A stretch of DNA of 64,000 bases from Macrostomum lignano. Its lineage: Eukaryota. The notes beneath the pieces were generated by a model. It ran no database searches, was not told where the DNA came from, and saw only the letters and a program-made list of their open reading frames with translations. Position 1 is the first letter of the stretch. Each line of letters begins with the position of its first letter. The translations under genes and the position numbers were made by a program. Shown piece after piece: positions 57,355 through 64,000 of the stretch. The stretch spans positions 186,001-250,000 of the forward strand of contig NIVC01000850.1 of assembly GCA_002269645.1 (NCBI GenBank), in the 5' to 3' direction.

Positions 57355-57620
57355 ATGTTCTACATGGTAACTCTTTTATGTTTGATACGGTGGCTCTTCT
57401 ATGTTTGACATGGTGGCTCTTCTACTCATATGTTTGACAAAGTAGCTTTTTAATGTTTGACATGGTGGCTCTTTGATGTTTGACATGGTGGCTCTTTAAT
57501 GTTTGACATGGTGGCTCTTTAATGTTTGACATGATAGCTCTTTTATGTTTGATATGGTGGCTCTTTAATGTTCAACATGGTTGTTTTCTATGTTTAACAT
57601 TGTGCTTCTTTTATGTTTAG
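57355..57620. repeat. 23-bp repeat (ttttatgtttgacatggtggctc), begins at ~55050
   Basis: Split by the mariner insertion. Confidence 0.85.
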
Positions 57621-58216
57621 CATTTTGTGTTTTTAATGTGTTTGAATAAAAAAATTTTTGCACTACTAAGATTTGAACCCATGTTGCTACATTAGCATTC
57701 TAGTCTATTCGCATCTGGGCTATCTCTTTTTAATTGGAGAATGTGAATTGTGGCCCTATAATTCAATTCTTACAGCAAGTTGGTTAGAGTAAAAAGTTAT
57801 AATATAATCAATTTCGCAGTCAGCCAGTATCAGTCCCAATTTAAGTTAGCAATATGGCTACACAATTTCAATCAAGTCGGGTGTGCATTTCTTCAACACT
57901 GTTTTCAACTTGTGATGCAATCTTTATCACAATCAAAATTCAGTCAGTCAGTGTTTTTTCTAGCATTCTTACAATGCATTTCAGGTCAAAATTTCTGCTT
58001 GACCTTTGCAAAAAAGCATGTTTTTTGAATATTTAATCCTTTTAAAATTGAGCAATTTCTTAGCCAAGATGCATGTACCATCCTAGGAAAATTTCTGATC
58101 AAATGGTGCAAGTTTGAAGAAAATCAGTTGAGCCATTTTTTCTGAAATCTATTGCACACCTACCTACCATAGACAACTCATTTTTAGGATATAAGGAAAG
58201 GAAAAATAGTAAAATT

Positions 58217-58872
58217 GGTAATTGTCAAATTTTATTTATTAAATTATTTTGGCTCCAGAAAAGTATTTTAAGTACAAATAAATTTTTTAAGAGTTTTTAG
58301 CCTGATTAGACCCTAAGCACTAATTTGATGTTTCAAAACTTGTTATAATGTAAGCCTCTAACATTGGAAAGCTGTAATAGTCTATGGCTAGAACATTTGA
58401 ACATTTTTTAACTTGAAAAAAAGATTCTATAGTCTAAAGTCAAAACATCAGTGATCTTCAACAAATTGATTAATAATAAATAACTAAAAGTCCTAAATTT
58501 AGCAAGGCTATGTTGCACGCCATGCATTGCAGCATTAGCATGGGACTTTACAAGCCCTATTTGAAACTTAGAGGAATTCTTGCATCAACTAAACCCAACC
58601 CAGTGAAACTATTTAGGAATATCCTATTATAGATTTACTTCTATTATAGTATGTAAAGCTTTTGCTGTTTGTTGGCAATTTGACCATAGACAATAATACT
58701 TTTTATTTGTTTCTGTTAAGACTTATTTAATTTGTTAACGTTTTTGGCCATAGAGTCCATAGACTATTTTAGCTTTATTGTAGCTGTAAATATATTTATT
58801 TGTACTTAAAATAGTTTGTGGATTACTTTTCTGGAGTCAAAATAATTTAACAAATGGAACTTGATAATTGCC
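58217..58872. mobile_element. Degenerate AT-rich MITE with long imperfect inverted repeats
   Basis: ttaaattatttttggctccagaaaagta...ttttaagtacaaataaat (about 58238-58285) has an inverted copy at about 58790-58852; termini GG...CC. Confidence 0.55.
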
Positions 58873-59630
58873 ACAAAATTATATGTTTTGATCGTAAGAC
58901 AAAACTAAAAGAGCTTATTGGTTTCAAATTGAAAGCATACTAACAATAAAATTGTATTAAAAGGATTATATTTTAAAAAAATTATTGGTAAGCCCCATAA
59001 GCCTAGTCAGGATCATGGCATGCCTATACTAGAATGAATCCTATCAAAAAATTTTGATTACACTATGCACCAAAACTATTCTTATTAAAAAAGTTTGCTC
59101 ACCTCATGTCATTTTTAATCTATTGAATCTAAAATCTCAATTATTCAAAAAGAAAATTAAATGTGTAAGATTACAAGATTGCTTTTATCCCCTCTTAGAA
59201 CAGAGCCCATTAAAAGGCTAAATCTATAGATAGGGCTTGTCACACTTTAACTAGGCCAATGCAAAATATATAAGAAGGGTAATAATTGATTGTTTAAAAT
59301 ATACAAAGGTAATTTTTATAGTTGTTTATATTTTCTTATATTAAGTAGGCCCTCAGTCTGACAAAAGATTAATAAAATCTGGAAATCAAAAAGTATTTGT
59401 ATACCTTACATTCAAGAAATCCAATATTATTATATGTATACTATGCTATGATAACTTTTGCTAGGTATATAATTACAAAATACATACATATTTTTAATCT
59501 AAATATAAACGATCTTAGAACTTATGTATATATGTACTTATATTAGTATAGAAATGCATGCATAGAAATTCAATAATACCCAGAAAGCTGTACTTTATGA
59601 ACCTTCCAGAGTCCTGTCACACAGCCCAAC

Positions 59631-61028
59631 ATGGACAGTGAGCAATCTGAACAGCAGTTAGGCACTTCTACTAGCTTAGTTACAATGCCCTCAGCAGTAC
59701 AAACAGACACGGCTGCAAGATCTCTATTCTCCATAACTGAACCTTCAATGCAACCAGCGGCATTGAATAATCTGTTAGTGCAGATGCGCAAGCCGCTCAG
59801 GGCCGGTTTAGTACAGTTTAGTCGCGACATGCTTCGACGAATGAAGCGGCTGAGGAAGAAACGCGGCTCAGAGGCTGAGGTAGCTAGAAATGCTGTTCGC
59901 GCCGACCGGCTATTAGCTCAGGTTCGCCTAATTCGTCGTTGGACTCAGCAGAGTCTGTGCAAAGCTCTGCTAGGACACGAGACTCCCCTATCAGATGCCC
60001 TGGCAGCGGCGCCTGGCTGTCTGACAATGGAACAGCTGGCCTTGGCTCGCCTAGCTGACACAAAACCTATTCGCCAATTCGTTGATAATTTCCGATCGAA
60101 TCACTCAGATTGGCGCGATTTGGTCTATTTTATGCAGTATAAAAACACCGGCGGCCGATGGAAAAAGAAACAACCGATAAAGCCCAGGGCGCCTAACGAA
60201 CTGTTAGCAAAGTCTGTTAATGATATCGCCTCTAGAGCTGGTCCAGATGAGGATAGCGTAGATGATAATGATGGAGATGCTGACGAGGATGGTCAAGATG
60301 TAGAAGAAGCTGAACGCAGACGTCGGCTTGAATCTGTGCTGCTCGAGTTTCGCAAGGAGACAGCTGGCGAGCGAAGTCTTGGCGTAGCCATGGGAGCCGA
60401 TTTCGCGGTTCCTGTTGAGTCCGCTAAGTCAGTTGCGAAAGAAGCCAAGTCAGTTAGTAAGGCCCCAAAGTCAGTTAGTAAGAACGCAAAAGCAGTATCT
60501 AAAGACGCAAATTCGGTTGCTAAGGACGCAACTTCTGTAGCTAAGGACTCGCAGACAACTACAAAGGACGCTAAGGCAGTTGCTAAGAAAACAAATCCGG
60601 TCGCTAAGGACGCAAAATCGGTTGCCAAAGTATCAAAGTCCTTAATAAAAGTTAAGAAAGCAGAGACGAATGTTTTTAACACAAGCGACAACGCTCTTGA
60701 TAATGCAAGCGACAACGACGCACAAAACGACGACGGCTGGTCGGATTTGTTCGCTACAGACGTGCCGCCGACGGAAATGAAGCGTGGACTGCATCGGAAT
60801 CGGCGCATCACGACGGACGGTCAGGACTTGTCGATTGCTCCACGACACGGCGAACGACAATCGCGTAAGCGACGCCGCGACGTTCAAGCGCAGGAGAGGC
60901 GAGTTAAGCAGGCCGCAGTGGAGGCTGAGCAGCTTCATCCATCTTGGCAGGCCAAGCGGCAGCAAAAGGCTCGATTGGCTGCAGTCGCGGCGGCAGCTCC
61001 AGCCCACGTTGTCTTCGATGACGATTGA
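59631..61028 (+). CDS. SRFBP1: SRFBP1/BUD22-like protein, intronless, 465 aa
   Basis: N-terminal LNNLLVQMRKPLRAGLVQFSRDMLRRMKRLRKK and C-terminal EQLHPSWQAKRQQK...HVVFDDD correspond to the conserved ends of SRFBP1/Bud22 (LHPSW-x-A...FDD). Confidence 0.85.
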   Translation: MDSEQSEQQLGTSTSLVTMPSAVQTDTAARSLFSITEPSMQPAALNNLLVQMRKPLRAGLVQFSRDMLRRMKRLRKKRGSEAEVARNAVRADRLLAQVRLIRRWTQQSLCKALLGHETPLSDALAAAPGCLTMEQLALARLADTKPIRQFVDNFRSNHSDWRDLVYFMQYKNTGGRWKKKQPIKPRAPNELLAKSVNDIASRAGPDEDSVDDNDGDADEDGQDVEEAERRRRLESVLLEFRKETAGERSLGVAMGADFAVPVESAKSVAKEAKSVSKAPKSVSKNAKAVSKDANSVAKDATSVAKDSQTTTKDAKAVAKKTNPVAKDAKSVAKVSKSLIKVKKAETNVFNTSDNALDNASDNDAQNDDGWSDLFATDVPPTEMKRGLHRNRRITTDGQDLSIAPRHGERQSRKRRRDVQAQERRVKQAAVEAEQLHPSWQAKRQQKARLAAVAAAAPAHVVFDDD

Positions 61029-61184
61029 GGACGCCAAGCGCTGAGAATGAAATTCTTTCTAACTTAATTTTTTTTGCAAAACAAGTCTTGGATTGTTAGT
61101 GGGAGTCAAAAGCTGGTTGCTAAGATCAGAAATGCTCTGCTAGGGTTGTGAAAATATTTCAGCTTTTTATTTTCAATAATTGTC

Positions 61185-61440
61185 AAAATCGGTTGTTAAG
61201 GACGCTAATCTAGAGGTGCAGACACATTGCCAATTATTCTTTATCGGTTGCTAAGGACGCTAATCTACGGATGCAGACACATTGCCAATGATTCTAAATC
61301 GGTTTCTAAGGACGCTAATCTAGAGGTGCATAAACAGTGCCAATGATTCTAAATCGGTTGCTAAGGACGCTAATCTAGCTGTGCAAAATATGACTAAATA
61401 TCGGTTGCTAAGATCTCGACAATGGTTGCTAACGGCCCAA
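61185..61440. repeat. ~55-bp repeat with core atcggttgctaaggacgc
   Basis: 4-5 copies downstream of the SRFBP1-like stop codon. Confidence 0.85.
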
Positions 61441-62729
61441 TGTTTGTTGTTTAAAATAAAAAGCATCTTTTTATTTCGAATCAAAAAGGGTGACTACATA
61501 ATTTCAGACTGGTTTAATAATGGTTAGAAAGTTTGTTGGTGAAATATTTTTATGATGATGACAGCATTATATTTTGTTCAGCGATTCGCCTCACAATTCA
61601 TTGTATTTATTGCCATTCTGTTTTCTCAAATGTAATAAATTAATAATGAAACAAAGCTGCCAGGCTTTTATCGGAGGAAAAGGAAAAATTGATTAATGTT
61701 TAATTGTGAAATGCAAAATATATGCCTTTCAGTAGTTGGTGTGTCAAATTTATTTTTGGCAATTGATTTCAGTGAATTTTCGGCATTTATTCAGTTTTTA
61801 TATGTATGAATAGATTCTAATAGCACAAGTAAACAATTGTTATTTTTTGTACTGTATATTTACCATACAAACTACGTAGACGAAAATATCATCGCGAAAC
61901 GGCCTTTTATTCTGTAGAAATTACAAATAAAAAAATTTGAGTCTTTGGGGTTACATTTGCGTTACGCACTACTTCTGTGAAGTGAAGCATTAGTTTGGCA
62001 TGCATGAAACGGCCTGTATTCGAATTTAGAAAGTGTCGTTTCTTTCTTTAGTTTTGATTAGTAGTATATAATGAAAAATTGACAAGGGTTGAAAAGAGGT
62101 AATGGAATGACGCTTATCGCTTGTGTTTTCGTGAAATATGCAGATATAACAAATGTGCCACAGAGCTCGCACATAGACTACTGTTAAGTAGCTAATACGC
62201 GTATTGCAAGAAAAATGAGAAATTTCAGTGGAATAATCAGCATTGCGCTTTTGCTGAAAAAAATTACATTAATCTTACCTGGACTTTGAATTCGAAATAA
62301 TTAGACACATGCATGCCCATGGTGGATTCAAGGACCACTGTATAAACAGGATCGAAACAAAACTCCAAGATCATGGATTTTTTAAAGGCTAATTTACTAA
62401 AAAAATACACTACAGAGATGGAAGAAATAATTTGATTGCATTTTATCTGGGGCCATTCTTTTAATTTAGCATGCACTGCACAACATACTACTCTGTTGTA
62501 GTAGTAGTGAAAGTAGTAGTTAAAGTTTCATTTTCATATTAAATTATTTTTCATTAATTTCAATGCGTGTTAGTTACGTACTACATACATGCACACAGTT
62601 ATACGATCTTCGAGTTTTTCATCCTGCTATTACTTGGGTGGTCCTTAGGTGCATTCACTGCTGAGTTTGGTTAATCTTGTTGAAACATGTACACCTCACT
62701 TATCTGGGTGTGAGGTGTTTCCAAAGTCA

Positions 62730-64000
62730 CTACACTACCGCTGTCGCTGCCGCTTGGACTCGTTCGACATCTGCTCGGTCTTCTAGCACATTCTGGGTGG
62801 ACTTGCGCTTCAGCGCAGCGTTGAATTGGACAATGTAGTGCGACCTGTGCTGTCTTAGGCCCGGGTTGTTGGCCAGAGTCAGCGCCAGGAACCAGCGGGT
62901 TCGAGAGCGTTTGCGCGCCACTGGAAGTTGAAAAAAGAAGATACATGTACATAGTGTACTTTTTTAATTTGAAGTTTGTGTCGTGCAGTGTCTTCAAATG
63001 CCTGGTTTCTCTTCTTTGCTTCATGTCGTAAAATGTTTTTATGTTATTTATTTTTAAGTTTTTCGCGTACTAGTGCTTACAGGTAGGTGTAATCGGTTTG
63101 TATTTTCTAGTTTGAAGTTTTCTATGAGCGTAGTAACATTGTGATAGTTGTCTGGTAGCCTCCATTTTGTGTTGTGGTAGCCTTCACCTCTATGTGTGGT
63201 AGCCCCCATCTTTACATGTATGTGTGATAGGCACCATCTTTGTATGGTGGATAGCCTCAATTTGTGTGGTAGCCTCAATCTTTATGTGTGGTAGCCTAAA
63301 TTTTTGTGTGTGGTAGCCTCAATCCTTATGTGTGGTAGCCTCCATCTTTATGTGTGGTAGCCTCAATCCTTATGTGTGGTAGCCTCAATTTTTGTGTGTG
63401 GTAGCCTCAATCTTTATGTGTGGTAGCCTCAATTTTTGTGTGTGGTAGCCTCAATCTTTATGTGTGGTAGCCTCCATCTTTATGTGTGGTAGCCTCAATC
63501 TTTATGTGTGGTAGCCTCAATCTTTATGTGTGGTAGCCTCAATCCTTATGTGTGGTAGTCTCCATCTTTATGTGTAGTTAGTCTCAATCTTTATGTGTGG
63601 TAGCCTTTATCTTTGTATTGTGGTACATGTATAGCCTATATCTTGGTGTTGGAGCCCTTATCTTTGTAGTATGCTATGTTTAGCCTCGTACAGTGTTAAC
63701 GTGGATTTGATCAAATTTATCTTGACTGAGATAGTAATTGATAGTAAGCAGTAATTATCCAATATCAAGCTCTGAAATATCCCGATCCGATCTCACTAAC
63801 TTGAGCTCTGCCTCTGCAGCCTCTCGGAGATGACTGAATCCATCGCCAGCAGCTCCGCTTGCGATGGCGAACGCGCGTGCAGGTGTTTAGCATCTTGTAG
63901 TACGGCCACGGATTGTAGTTGTAAGCCGGCCGTCTCCATGGCAACGTTGCCTCTGTTTCGCTGCTTCTGCTTGGAGAATGGATTCGTCTCGAATCGTTCC
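62730..64000 (-). CDS. STRA6: STRA6-like protein, last two coding exons: complement(join(62730..62920,63801..>64000)), 5'-partial
   Basis: The last exon encodes ARKRSRTRWFLALTLANNPGLRQHR, matching the STRA6-family C-terminal RxxWxLxxTLxxNPxL segment. Acceptor ttttcaacttccag; upstream exon open from 63999 to 63801 with donor gttagt; phase 1 joins as A|TG. Family call rests on one motif. Confidence 0.72.
63165..63610. repeat. 22-bp minisatellite (ttatgtgtggtagcctcaatct)
   Basis: Direct reading; last intron of the STRA6-like gene. Confidence 0.9.

Noticed and set aside
63932-63945. Perfect X-box GTCTCCATGGCAAC as a promoter element
   Set aside because: It falls inside an open, phase-compatible coding exon of the minus-strand gene (codons for GNVAMET), so it is most simply coincidental.

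Overview
Eukaryotic (metazoan) genomic DNA with GT-AG introns, very rich in tandem repeats. The gene content and intron-filling minisatellites are reminiscent of a free-living flatworm such as Macrostomum; this is inference and was not tested. I reconstructed five host genes by hand with phase-consistent splice sites: (1) plastin/fimbrin on +, 5 exons at 1081-10005, first exon outside the window; (2) a universal stress protein with a single coding exon, 14900-15361 +; (3) an ankyrin-containing kidney-type glutaminase, 13 exons, 31329-50283 +, 617 aa; (4) an intronless SRFBP1/BUD22-like gene, 59631-61028 +; (5) the last two exons of a STRA6-like gene on -, 62730 to >64000. Mobile DNA comprises a decayed mariner interrupted by a 5'-truncated non-LTR retrotransposon, a second DD34D mariner interrupted by a hAT-type MITE, and several other MITEs. 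Most long ORFs in the supplied track are artefacts of micro- and minisatellites. The least expected signals are: a minimal type-I hammerhead ribozyme of the Penelope-like-element kind in a 621-bp island between two long (AGAT)n arrays; intronic arrays built from splice-signal motifs; and a coding heptad repeat sharing its DNA core with nearby non-coding arrays. I found no clearly new multi-gene system. Repeat boundaries are approximate and were read by eye.
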